Positions 26,601 to 37,100 of a stretch of DNA of 64,000 bases are shown one piece after another. Under the pieces are notes generated by a model. It was not told where the DNA came from. It made no database searches and worked only from the letters and a program-made list of their open reading frames with translations. The translations under genes and the position numbers were made by a program. The stretch is taken from positions 10,388 to 74,387 of the IMG/VR virus record IMGVR_UViG_3300028844_003737. One strand, written 5' to 3'. This DNA comes from a virus. Within the stretch, counting starts at the first letter, position 1. Every line of letters starts with the position of its first letter.

Positions 26601-27354
26601 AAAAGCAAAAAAAGGAAGTAGTAGATATTACTTCACAATGGATACTGAAAAAGCAATTATCAGATACAATAATGCACCAGACAAACCTAGATTGAGAAAT
26701 ACGATATACAATGAGCATATCAGAAAGTCTTTTGAAAAGTTAGTTGAGAACATTATTCATACATTTAAGTTCTACTACTTTGATGTATCGTCTGAAGAAG
26801 TAAAGCATGAAGTCGTTTCTTTCTTAGTAATGAACATGCATAAATTCAAAGAGGGTAAAGGTAGGGCATTCTCTTATTTTAGCATTGTTGCTAAAAATTA
26901 CCTTATCCTAAATAATAATAAAAACTATAAGATGGGTAAGATTCATTCACAAATGGATGTATTAGATTATAAGAGAAATACACAAAGTGAAAGGTCTGCT
27001 GAGGCTGCTAGTGAAAGTGCTTCTTTATTTATAGATGAGTTACATAGGTTTTGGGATACCAACCTTACTAATGTTTTCAAACGACAAAAAGACATTAGGG
27101 TAGCTGATTCTGTATTACATATTTTTCGTATAAAAGAAAATATTGAGAACTTCAATAAGAAGGCTCTTTATATTCTTATTCGTGAAATGACAGGCTCTAA
27201 TACACAGCACATTACTCGTATTATCAATGTTATGAAAAAGTTCAATGATAGGTTATATCATGAGTTTGATAACTATGGTACAGTTGATATTTCATATACA
27301 GGCTCTTTAGTAAGAGAAAAAGATAATCCATTGGATATACAAGCTACTTACTAA
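26593..27354 (+). CDS. phage sigma factor (sigma70 region 2, gp55-like late sigma)
   Basis: KLVENIIHTFKF...EVVSFL..MHKF..GKGRAFSYFSIVAKNY resembles sigma region 2.1-2.4; GTG start after AGGAG. Confidence 0.7.
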   Translation: MGRKAKKGSSRYYFTMDTEKAIIRYNNAPDKPRLRNTIYNEHIRKSFEKLVENIIHTFKFYYFDVSSEEVKHEVVSFLVMNMHKFKEGKGRAFSYFSIVAKNYLILNNNKNYKMGKIHSQMDVLDYKRNTQSERSAEAASESASLFIDELHRFWDTNLTNVFKRQKDIRVADSVLHIFRIKENIENFNKKALYILIREMTGSNTQHITRIINVMKKFNDRLYHEFDNYGTVDISYTGSLVREKDNPLDIQATY

Positions 27355-27373
27355 CTTTTCAACTCACATCACT

Positions 27374-27399
27374 AAAGGGAAGTAATACTTCCCTTTTTT
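27374..27399 (+). terminator. intrinsic terminator
   Basis: AAAGGGAAGT-AAT-ACTTCCCTTT plus T run. Confidence 0.85.
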
Positions 27400-27439
27400 G
27401 TGCCTTGTTATATTTTTTTATCAAAAGTTATAAAATTGG

Positions 27440-27448
27440 ATATTTATA
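27440..27448 (+). promoter_or_regulatory. putative late promoter ATATTTATA at start of structural region
   Basis: Same motif precedes genes at 10135, 11652, 12547, 16652, 20372, 29726, 40970, 49539, 62781. Confidence 0.65.
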
Positions 27449-27487
27449 TATAACCAACATTTTATTATATATCCATGGAGTCTAATT

Positions 27488-27871
27488 ATGGCTAATGATT
27501 ACGAAATATTCAAAGGTAAATCTTTGTCTGATTTATTTGAAGATATTTACAAAAATACAGAACGGAATAAAACACAATTAGAGGTTCTTATGAAAGAAGT
27601 GACCTCATTCATAAAAGATGGTGATACTGCCGTTCAAATAATTCCTATGCTCAAAGAGTATTTGGAAATAAATGTTAAAAATGATGACCAACTTGTAAAG
27701 ATGGCAGCTATCGTACAGAGAATCATATCTACTGAAAATAAAGGTAGCTCTGAAGATGAGTTTGGTTTATCGGATGCTGAAAAAGAACAACTTCTAAATG
27801 CTGTAGAAGAAGTTGCTAGTGATGTTCAAAGACATTCTGATGATTTGGAGAGTAAAATTGTCAATAGCTGA
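27488..27871 (+). CDS. helical hypothetical protein
   Basis: RBS GGAG; IPMLKEYLEINVKNDDQLVK. Confidence 0.8.
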   Translation: MANDYEIFKGKSLSDLFEDIYKNTERNKTQLEVLMKEVTSFIKDGDTAVQIIPMLKEYLEINVKNDDQLVKMAAIVQRIISTENKGSSEDEFGLSDAEKEQLLNAVEEVASDVQRHSDDLESKIVNS

Positions 27872-28982
27872 AACTAGAATTGCGAGTACATCCCCTCAAC
27901 AAAAAAGAGCTGGTTTATTATCACATAATGAGGCAATCGAATTATTTAAATCGATGCAAGGAGAAGTTGAACACAAACAATATGTGAGTGGGAGAGTACT
28001 AAAGGTTTATTCAACTCAAGAAGATTTACCTACAAGAACTAGAAAGGATGGCGTATCAACATATGCTTGGGAATTTCACGGTAACTTAGATGTAAAACTA
28101 AATTATAATCAGAAAGTTGTAACAAATGTAGGGCCTTTGTGCTCACATTTCAATTGTATGCCGTTAGTTGATGAAGAAGTGGTTTTAGTAGAACATGACG
28201 GACAAGTGTTTTACGACTTTCCGTTGAATCGAATGGGAAAGGTAAATCACAATAGGTCTGATAAGGTGATTGGTGAAGAGAGAGTAGTTGAATCAACTAC
28301 TTATATGGCTAGACCAGTAATGTCAAATCACGGAGATACTACTATTCAAGGAAGATTTGGTAACTATATGATGTTTACTTCTGAACCTGAGGTGAATGGT
28401 TATAGGTCTTACCCAAAAATTGTAATTGGAAATAATCAAGATAAAGATACTTTACAAGTAGGTCATAAAAACTACGATAAACATTTTCCACACTTTCACG
28501 AACCAAATTCTATGGGTTCGGTTATTGAAATGACAAGCAATCCTCAACAAGCAGATTTAGAACCATCAGCTCTTGAAGAAGAACAAGAAGAGTTTTTCGA
28601 TACTACAGGAGATACAATTACAATTTCATCCGATACTATACATATAAATTCTAATAGTCCTGGTTCTATGTATGTAACATCAGGTGATAGTATAAGTATG
28701 ACAGCAATGGATGAAATAAATTTAGCAACTATTGGTGGTAGGGTAAATTTAGGATCAAGTGACACTCAAAGTCCAATAGTAAAAGGTACTGCTATGAGAA
28801 ATTTTGTAAATGATTTGCTAATAAATATAGAAGGATTTTGTAATACTTTAGCAGCATTTGAAGGAGATGGTTCTGCTCAAATACAGTCTGCTGCTGATAG
28901 TCTAAGGGCTGGAATTACTTCTATGAGTAAAAAGTATATACAAGAAGAAAATCTTTTTAGTAAAAAAGTATATTCTGAATAA
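27858..28982 (+). CDS. baseplate hub/spike protein (gp5/VgrG-like)
   Basis: OB-fold-like MPLVDEEVVLV, GDTTIQGRFGN, C-terminal beta-helix-type repeats; TTG start after GGAG; upstream of gp25. Confidence 0.6.
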   Translation: MSIAETRIASTSPQQKRAGLLSHNEAIELFKSMQGEVEHKQYVSGRVLKVYSTQEDLPTRTRKDGVSTYAWEFHGNLDVKLNYNQKVVTNVGPLCSHFNCMPLVDEEVVLVEHDGQVFYDFPLNRMGKVNHNRSDKVIGEERVVESTTYMARPVMSNHGDTTIQGRFGNYMMFTSEPEVNGYRSYPKIVIGNNQDKDTLQVGHKNYDKHFPHFHEPNSMGSVIEMTSNPQQADLEPSALEEEQEEFFDTTGDTITISSDTIHINSNSPGSMYVTSGDSISMTAMDEINLATIGGRVNLGSSDTQSPIVKGTAMRNFVNDLLINIEGFCNTLAAFEGDGSAQIQSAADSLRAGITSMSKKYIQEENLFSKKVYSE

Positions 28983-28994
28983 TGGGGGAGATAT

Positions 28995-29705
28995 ATGCCA
29001 CACGCTGATTGGCACAAAAAGCCTGTTTTAGCAACGATACTAAAAGAAGCAATAAGAAAGGAAAGTGCTGAAGAAGTAGTTCGTCTAAATGAGATTACCG
29101 ATGACCTAATTCAACAAATTGAATCGAATGAAGAAACTGCTGATAAGTATTGGCAATCATTGATGAAAATAAAAGAAGGCATTGAGGATATAAAGAAGTT
29201 TTGGGCAGATACTGTTGAAACAAGAAAAAAAGTTAAATCAGCAATAAAAGTTGCTACAACAGCAAAAAAGGCTGGTGAGACTACTGATAAGGCTAGTACA
29301 ATATCTATGTCGTTGAATCCAGTAGTAGCTGCTGTACAATATGCTACAAAACTGCTGATTGAATTATTACAATCTGAAATTACAGCATTGAGTGATGTTG
29401 TATCGATAATGGAGCCAACGCAAGATGAGTTCATATCATTTTCAGGCGGTCGTACCTCTTCTAATGTCGTGGTAAAAGGAACTTTCAATGAAAAAATAGA
29501 ACAGCTAGAAAAGAGATTGGCTGATAAGAGAGCGATTAGAAAGGTAAGGAGAGAAAAATTACGACAAAAGAGACTTGCGAGAATAAATAATGCTGCAAAA
29601 AACTTAGCTGATGCAGGAAAAGAATTAACTGAAAATCTTAAAGATAGTCTTGGTGGAACAGGAGAAGATCCACCAAAGGCAGAATTAGTGAGTCATCAAA
29701 AATAA
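28995..29705 (+). CDS. coiled-coil hypothetical protein (structural region)
   Basis: RBS GGGAG; heptad pattern. Confidence 0.7.
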   Translation: MPHADWHKKPVLATILKEAIRKESAEEVVRLNEITDDLIQQIESNEETADKYWQSLMKIKEGIEDIKKFWADTVETRKKVKSAIKVATTAKKAGETTDKASTISMSLNPVVAAVQYATKLLIELLQSEITALSDVVSIMEPTQDEFISFSGGRTSSNVVVKGTFNEKIEQLEKRLADKRAIRKVRREKLRQKRLARINNAAKNLADAGKELTENLKDSLGGTGEDPPKAELVSHQK

Positions 29706-29759
29706 GTGGATTTTCCCTTATGTTTATATTTATATAATAACAGGAGTTAGGAGTCTTAA

Positions 29760-30230
29760 ATGTCTACAAAGAAAAATAAATTGGTAAAAATGTTGAGAGA
29801 AATCATCAAACGTGAGGTACAAAAAGAGGTAAAGAAGATATTTATTAGTGAAGGTATGAAAGTACCATCTAATAAAATTGTCAATGATGTGCCCGAAGTT
29901 TTACCTAAACCAAAAAATAGAGAAGAAGTTAGTTATACTAAAAACCCTATGTTGAATAAAGTACTCAATGAAACAGCACAACAAAATGAAATGGAAGAAT
30001 ATCCAACGATGGGTGGTGGGACATTTGATAGTACAAAGATGGCACAGGCTATGGGATATGGAAATATGATGGGTAATCCTGAAGATAAGAGAAAGCTAGG
30101 TGCTATACAAACTGCACAAGCAGCTGGTGCTGATACATCAAATAAAGCAGTTCAAGATGTAATGAGTAATCTTACCAAAGACTATAGTGGTGTTATGAAA
30201 GCATTAGATAAAAAGGATGGCAAGATTTAG
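29760..30230 (+). CDS. hypothetical protein (late)
   Basis: AGGAG RBS; late motif at 29726. Confidence 0.75.
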   Translation: MSTKKNKLVKMLREIIKREVQKEVKKIFISEGMKVPSNKIVNDVPEVLPKPKNREEVSYTKNPMLNKVLNETAQQNEMEEYPTMGGGTFDSTKMAQAMGYGNMMGNPEDKRKLGAIQTAQAAGADTSNKAVQDVMSNLTKDYSGVMKALDKKDGKI

Positions 30231-30243
30231 GAGATAATAAATA

Positions 30244-30699
30244 ATGAGTGTAATACAAAATGATTTAGATCCAGATGTACTGATAGGACTACAATTACCA
30301 TTAGGAGTTCATCAAGATGGAGTGTTCAAGCAAACACAGACTTTGCTAGAGCAAACTAAATCAAATATCAGAAATTTATTATTGACAAGAAGAGGAGAAA
30401 GATTAGGTAATCCTACATTTGGTTCGGATTTATTATCGGTAGTATTTGAACCAATAAATGATGATACCCAAAATTCTATAGAAGAAAAAATAAGAGCATC
30501 TATTAGTGAATTTTTACCTCATGTAAAAGTTGTTCGTGTACTATTTGAAGATTCTGAAAATGTGTTATCTCCAAGAATAATTTTTTCAATAAATACGGAT
30601 ACTACTACATTAGATGATATAACTTTAGAGTTGGGTAGTTTAAAAGATTCGGAAACAGGCGAAGTTGGACAACCTTTTAGTAGACAATTAGGTGGATAA
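30244..30699 (+). CDS. baseplate wedge subunit, gp25-like
   Basis: NIRNLLLTRRGERLGNPTFGSDL...FEP. Confidence 0.9.
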   Translation: MSVIQNDLDPDVLIGLQLPLGVHQDGVFKQTQTLLEQTKSNIRNLLLTRRGERLGNPTFGSDLLSVVFEPINDDTQNSIEEKIRASISEFLPHVKVVRVLFEDSENVLSPRIIFSINTDTTTLDDITLELGSLKDSETGEVGQPFSRQLGG

Positions 30700-30712
30700 C
30701 TGGAGAAAATAA

Positions 30713-32668
30713 ATGCCATATACAGCACCAAAAAATAATTCAATAAAAGAAGTAAAGTATCTAAATAAAGATTTTAGTTCTCTAAAATCAAATTTGATAG
30801 AATTTGCTAAGGTTTATTTTCCAAATAGTTATAATGATTTTAATGAATCTTCACCAGGAATGATGTTTATAGAAATGGCTTCATATGTGGGAGATGTTCT
30901 ATCCTATTATGTAGATAACCAATTCAAAGAAAGTTTACTAGCATATGCAGAAGAAAAAAAGACAGTATACAATATGGCTCAAGCATTGGGATACAAACCC
31001 AAACAAGCTTCACCAGCTTCTGTAGTATTAGATATATTCCAAACAGTGCCAGCAAAGTCAAGTGGTACAGGTGCTAACTTTACTACTTCTCCTGATTTAT
31101 CATATGCTCTAAATATAAAAAGTAATATGAAAGTTCAGTCAGCATCTGGTATTTCATTTTCATCTACTGAAGATTGTAACTTCAAATTTTCTTCTTCATA
31201 CGACCCAATGAGTATTAGTATTTTTGAAACTGCTGGTAATGTACCAGTAAATTATTTATTGAGAAAATCTGTTAGAGCAAAGAGTGGTCAGGTAACTACA
31301 GAATATATTACTGTAGGGAGTGCTGAAAAGTATAAAAGAATTGCTTTAGCTAATGCTGATGTTACTGAGATTATTTCTTGTGTAGACAGCGATAATAATA
31401 GTTGGTATGAAGTTCCATTTTTAGCACAAGATACAGTATTTACAGATGCTGAAAATACAACAGCATCAGATCCTGATTTAGCATCCCAATCAGACCAATC
31501 TCCGTATTTACTAAAATTATTAAAAACATCAAGAAGATTTACAACATATATAATGGAAAATGGTAGAACTGAAATCAGATTTGGTGCTGGTATATCAGAT
31601 AGTCCTGATGAAGAGATTATACCTAATCCTGATTCGGTTGGCTCTTCGTTGCCAGGCTCACCATCACAATTAGGAAATGCTTTTGATCCATCAAACTTTT
31701 TAAAGACTAAAGCATATGGTCAAGCACCATCAAATACTACTTTACAAATTACTTATAGATATGGTGGTGGTATAAGTAGTAATGTTGCTTCAAATACAAT
31801 AACCACTGTACAAAAAATAGATGTAGCTATTGACACAAATGGATTATCAGCTCCCTTATTGTCACAAACAAGAAACTCTGTGGGGATTACAAATCCTCAA
31901 CCTGCTACAGGAGGTAGGTCTGCTGAAAGCGTAACTGAAGTTAAAAATAACGCACTAGCATACTTTCAGGCACAATCAAGAGCTGTAACTAAAGAAGATT
32001 ATATAACAAGAGTATATGCTATACCACCTAAATATGGTAATATAGCTAAAGCATATATCGTACAAGACAGTCAATTAGATACTGTAGATACAGGTGCTAA
32101 TTCTGATAGTAGAATTATAAATCCATTGGCACTAAATTTATATGTATTAGGATATAATTCTATAAAAAAACTAACTAATCTGAATCAGGCAGTAAAGGAA
32201 AATATACAAACTTACCTAACTCAGTTTAGGATGGTAACGGATGCTGTAAATATAAAAGATGCTTTTGTAATCAATATAGCAGTAAAATTTAATATTATAA
32301 CTAAAGTCGGATATAATGGAGAAGAAGTATTGCTAAGAGCAATACAGGTAGTAAGAAGTTTTTTCAATATTGATAACTGGCAAATCGGACAACCTATAAT
32401 TTTATCTGATTTAGCTTATAAAATCTCACTTACGGATGGAGTATCAGCAGTCGTTCCTCCTGAAGAAAATAATCCTAACGGATTACCAATATTACTTACT
32501 AATAAATTTTTGAGTTCTGATGGGTATTCAGGAAATATGTATGATATAGCATCTGCTACTAAAGACGGAGTTGTCTATCCATCTATGGATCCAAGTTGTT
32601 TTGAATTGAAGTTTCCAGCAACAGATGTAGAAGGAAGAGTAGTCGGTTCTTCATCAGGAGATAACTAA
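30713..32668 (+). CDS. baseplate wedge subunit, gp6/J-like
   Basis: DFSSLKSNLIEF..Y.DFNESS..MFIEM..YVGD; IRFG.G; ATGGRSAES; QSRAVTKEDY. Confidence 0.9.
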   Translation: MPYTAPKNNSIKEVKYLNKDFSSLKSNLIEFAKVYFPNSYNDFNESSPGMMFIEMASYVGDVLSYYVDNQFKESLLAYAEEKKTVYNMAQALGYKPKQASPASVVLDIFQTVPAKSSGTGANFTTSPDLSYALNIKSNMKVQSASGISFSSTEDCNFKFSSSYDPMSISIFETAGNVPVNYLLRKSVRAKSGQVTTEYITVGSAEKYKRIALANADVTEIISCVDSDNNSWYEVPFLAQDTVFTDAENTTASDPDLASQSDQSPYLLKLLKTSRRFTTYIMENGRTEIRFGAGISDSPDEEIIPNPDSVGSSLPGSPSQLGNAFDPSNFLKTKAYGQAPSNTTLQITYRYGGGISSNVASNTITTVQKIDVAIDTNGLSAPLLSQTRNSVGITNPQPATGGRSAESVTEVKNNALAYFQAQSRAVTKEDYITRVYAIPPKYGNIAKAYIVQDSQLDTVDTGANSDSRIINPLALNLYVLGYNSIKKLTNLNQAVKENIQTYLTQFRMVTDAVNIKDAFVINIAVKFNIITKVGYNGEEVLLRAIQVVRSFFNIDNWQIGQPIILSDLAYKISLTDGVSAVVPPEENNPNGLPILLTNKFLSSDGYSGNMYDIASATKDGVVYPSMDPSCFELKFPATDVEGRVVGSSSGDN

Positions 32669-33789
32669 TGCACTATTTTATTTTTCCAGACAAAGATACA
32701 ACCTTATATCAAGAAAGCGGTAGCCAGAATACTGGGCTTGATGAAATTTTAGAAGTTCAGAAAGAGCTAAGTGCTGCTGGAACTAATCCAAAAGTATCAA
32801 GAGCTCTACTAAAGTTTGACTTGGCTGAAATATCACAATCAATTGTAAGAGGACAGATATCTACTGATGCTAAATACTATCTAAATTTATATGATGCTAA
32901 TCCAAGAGAATTATCAGTAAGTCAGTCACTATGGGCTTATCCTATAAGTCAAAGTTGGGCTGAAGGTGAAGGATTCAAAGCTGACAGTCCAGCAACACAA
33001 GCTGGTGCTAGTTGGAATTACTTAGATGATGCTGATACTAAAACTCAATGGTATGGTCCTCTAACTGGTTCTGGTGGTACTTGGTTTACAGATGTATACG
33101 CTTCCCAATCACTTCAGTATGAGACAAGAGACATAAGAATGGATGTTACGCCAATCGTAACTTCTTGGTTGAATGGTACATATACTAACGAAGGATTCAT
33201 AGTAAAGAGAAGTGGTAGTTTTGGTAATGGTGATACCAATACCGATGAGGGTAGTACAAAAAGACTTGGTAGTTTATCTTTCTTTTCAAGACAAACTAAT
33301 ACCATATATCCGCCAAAGTTAGAGGTTGAGTGGTATGATACAAAATGGACAACTGGTTCATTATCAGCATTACCTAAATCAGAATTAGAAGATTTACAAA
33401 TTTATATGAAAAATATAAGACCTGAATATAAAGAAAAATCAAAAGCTAAGTTTAGATTAGTTGGTAGAGGAAGATATCCAACAAAATCTTATTCGAATAC
33501 ATCGTCTCCTTATCTAACTTCTAAATATTTACCAAGTGGAAGTAAGTTAGTAAATGATGGTGCTTATTATTCAGTTGTTGATGCTGATACTAAGGATGTA
33601 ATAATTCCATTTAGCACTGGTTCATTGATAAGTTGCGATTCAGATGGCAATTATTTTAATCTTTGGATGAACGGATTGCAGTCGGAAAGATATTATAAAT
33701 TTGAATTCAAAGTAGTTAGTGGTAGTAATACTACTGAAGAGATGGTAAACTATTTTGATGATGATTTTACATTCAAAGTTGTGAGGTAA
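32668..33789 (+). CDS. virion structural protein (DNRLRE-like domain)
   Basis: DTTLY..SGSQNTG.DEIL, SRALLKFDL, NEGFIVK, F.SR.T...PKLEV. Confidence 0.7.
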   Translation: MHYFIFPDKDTTLYQESGSQNTGLDEILEVQKELSAAGTNPKVSRALLKFDLAEISQSIVRGQISTDAKYYLNLYDANPRELSVSQSLWAYPISQSWAEGEGFKADSPATQAGASWNYLDDADTKTQWYGPLTGSGGTWFTDVYASQSLQYETRDIRMDVTPIVTSWLNGTYTNEGFIVKRSGSFGNGDTNTDEGSTKRLGSLSFFSRQTNTIYPPKLEVEWYDTKWTTGSLSALPKSELEDLQIYMKNIRPEYKEKSKAKFRLVGRGRYPTKSYSNTSSPYLTSKYLPSGSKLVNDGAYYSVVDADTKDVIIPFSTGSLISCDSDGNYFNLWMNGLQSERYYKFEFKVVSGSNTTEEMVNYFDDDFTFKVVR

Positions 33790-33791
33790 AA

Positions 33792-34106
33792 ATGCCATAT
33801 ACAAAAGAGCAGCTTCAGAAAAATGAGTATTACCAAAATCTCAAAGATGCTGATGAACAAGCGTATTTAGCACAAAGAGAATATTATAAAACTCAATTTT
33901 ATGATAGTCCAGAATTTGGTTCTAACGATGGAAGTTTAGTTGTAAGAGATACAAATGGAACTATGTTATTATTTGAAGATCCTTATAGTGGTGTATTATA
34001 TGATGACGAAACTACAGTAATAGTAAAAAATCTCAGTACACCACAATATAGAATAAATGATGAAATATTAGATGAAGTAATAGATAGAGATATAACGGAA
34101 TTATAA
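33792..34106 (+). CDS. hypothetical structural protein
   Basis: ORF coupled to both neighbours. Confidence 0.7.
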   Translation: MPYTKEQLQKNEYYQNLKDADEQAYLAQREYYKTQFYDSPEFGSNDGSLVVRDTNGTMLLFEDPYSGVLYDDETTVIVKNLSTPQYRINDEILDEVIDRDITEL

Positions 34107-37100
34107 TGTCAAGTAAACTAACAAATATAGATAAGCAATTACTAGATGCTGGTAATGAAATTCGTATAGGTAATAAGCCTTATGAAAATGGAATTTTTGG
34201 ATCAAATCCAAATAGAGATACTATTGAACTTACTATATTCAATACAAGCGGAGGACTTATAGATTCTATCACTAAATCTTTTAGTGATATACAATTTGAT
34301 AACGATGATAAATTATTACTAAGGCCGGTTGCTGATTTAACTTTAGCTGGATTAGAATCTGGAACATATGATTTACAATATAGATTTCTTAGAAAGTTAG
34401 CAGGTAGTGAAGATGATGTGCTAGTTCGTACTGTTCCTAATGAACAAGGAAAATTTGATATTTTTGAAGATGTTGAATCAATAGATATAACAGATGATGG
34501 TAAAATATTTGAAAAAATAGGTAGTGACAGAGGACAAGAACTACAGCTAAAGAAGATGACTCTATTAGTGGATGCTGTCTCACCATCAAGAACAGAAATA
34601 CGGATAAAGGCTTCAGATGTAAATGGAAGAGGTAATTTTGAAGATTTTTCTAGATTAGGAGAATCTGTACGGAGAACAGAAGTTCCAACTGGCATAGTTC
34701 AATTTGGTACTGGTGGTGATGAAAATTTCATTACAAATACAAATGTTATGACTCTTACTCCTGAAGATGGTGGGTTTATATTTACACCTCGTATGGTAGG
34801 TGGTACTCTTTATGTAAAAGATGTATACCATACTTCGACTATAACTACTACTCCAACTACTGAAAATAATATAGTAACAGATCAAGAACAACTAAGAAAA
34901 GATGATTACGGCGAAGTTATAAAATATGGAGAATCTTTACCTTGGGATAGCAACTTACACGCAAACGCAGTAAGACCATTAGGCGATTGGAGTGCAGGAT
35001 ATTTACAATGGTATGCTAACAGTGAATTATGGGGCAACTCAACTCATTTAGGGTATTGGGGACATTGGGTTCAAGGAGAAGGTCGTGATGGTGGTGTATG
35101 TTTTAAATTTCCTGATATAAATCAATCTTTTGCTGAGGACTTTACTGCGTGGCCATTAGAAAATCCACATAGAGGTTTGATGTTATCTCATACCTTTAAA
35201 GATAAAAGTTTAGAGGTATTGGGTGTAACAGGCGAAGATAGTATTTTGATATCAGGATACATAAAGTCTAATGTCAATAATAAACAAATAAGAATTACAA
35301 CTAAGTTCCCACAAGATTTATTATCTGAAGCGGAACCTGATAGCCCGCCAGAAGGATTTTTTGTAGAGGGTAGTCCTTTATTAGAAGAAAAGCCATCATC
35401 TCCTCCTGATAATTACAATCCCCTAACAATTGAAGCAGCTCAGTCAATAGAAAATGTTCCAGCTATAGCTATAATGGAAAATGGATATTCGACTGGAATG
35501 AATATTACAGCGTTTTTAAATGCGAGGGAAGGTTACGGGTGGAGTGTTGGACAGACGCCTAATGTTGCTACTGGTAATGACAGTACCCAACTAAATCGTA
35601 AGTCTCCACCAAGACCAGCCACTTATGGAACAGGAGTTTGGAAACTTCATATAGAAACAGACCAATCAGAAGCCGTAATTAGTTTAGAACTCAATCACTC
35701 TTGGGGTGATGCAAACGGATACAGTAACGGTGCTGGTACACTTAGTGAAGGTGGAGATTGGAAATGGGACGGAGAACAATGGACTGGATACCCAATAGCT
35801 ACTGAAGTAGAACCTATAGTTGGTCATGATTCTAATGGTGGGGTATATAGAACTGTAAATCCAAACCAATTTCCTACGGCTGTAAATGCACACCCTTACA
35901 GACAAAGCGAAGAATTAGTTCAGACTAGAAGGCCGTTATTTGAAAGGTCTTTACCATCATCTACTGGATTTGAGTATGGGTGTACGATAGGAAAGGCATT
36001 TTATGCGTGGTTATTAGATGGACGTTGGGAAGTAAATAGTACCATTATTAACAGAGGAGATATTTCTGTTAAATATGTTATGCTTGGTAAACAAGACTTA
36101 ATTTGGATAACAAAAGTTAATCAATCAAGCTCAGATAAAGTATTACTTCGTACGTGGGATGAAGTATTTCCTCAATTGAGAACAAGCTATATAGATAGAG
36201 AAGTCGATGGTGAAACTAAACAAGTAAGTATTTATGAAGATATATTTGAATTTGGATTTGTACAAAGTATAGTACCGGCACAGCATAGAAATAAAAATGT
36301 TACTGTAATGGGCAGTTTTCATATATTCTATAATGATGGAAATGGAAATAATAAATCTTTTAGAGTTGATACGTTTAGATCTGGTACGAATACAATTAGC
36401 TCAACACTTTCTAATAATACTATTTATCCAAACATAGGAAGTGATAGAGTATATAATATACGCGATTTAGATGAACCATTTGATAATACTATAAATGATA
36501 ATGATTCTAAGGTAAAGTGGACTGTAAATAGGGACGATGGAGATTTTAGATTTTATGCTTTCGTAGGAAACCAATATTACAGAGTCGATGATGGAGATGG
36601 AGATCTTTACGAAATAAATGAGAGTGATTCTAATTGGTTTAAAGATGACTATCCAAGAACAATAAATGAAGATGGCTTTGAAGATTTTATTCAAAATCCT
36701 GATGTTGTATTTGAAAGAGATTTAACACCAAATGAAAGCGATTGGACAAAATGGGGTATTATAAAAGGTAGCCAATACTATAAACAAGAAGATGATAAGC
36801 ATGTACTGATATCTACCTTTGATGAAGCCTTTATAGGAGCTGGTACAGTACAGAGTGGTGGTGAAGAACTTGTAGTTGGTACTAGAAATCCTGGAAAAGA
36901 TAATTGGTTATTAGATGATGAAGGTAATACTTTACCTAATGTACCATATATTGATAATGGAAGTGGAAATTTAATAATCGGAATGACATCCGATAGAATT
37001 GGTACGGTAAGTCCTGAAGAACAATGGATTTGGACAGGACCAGATGATGCTAGTTCCGTACACTATTGGAAATATTCAGGTCCTATGCCACCACAATATA

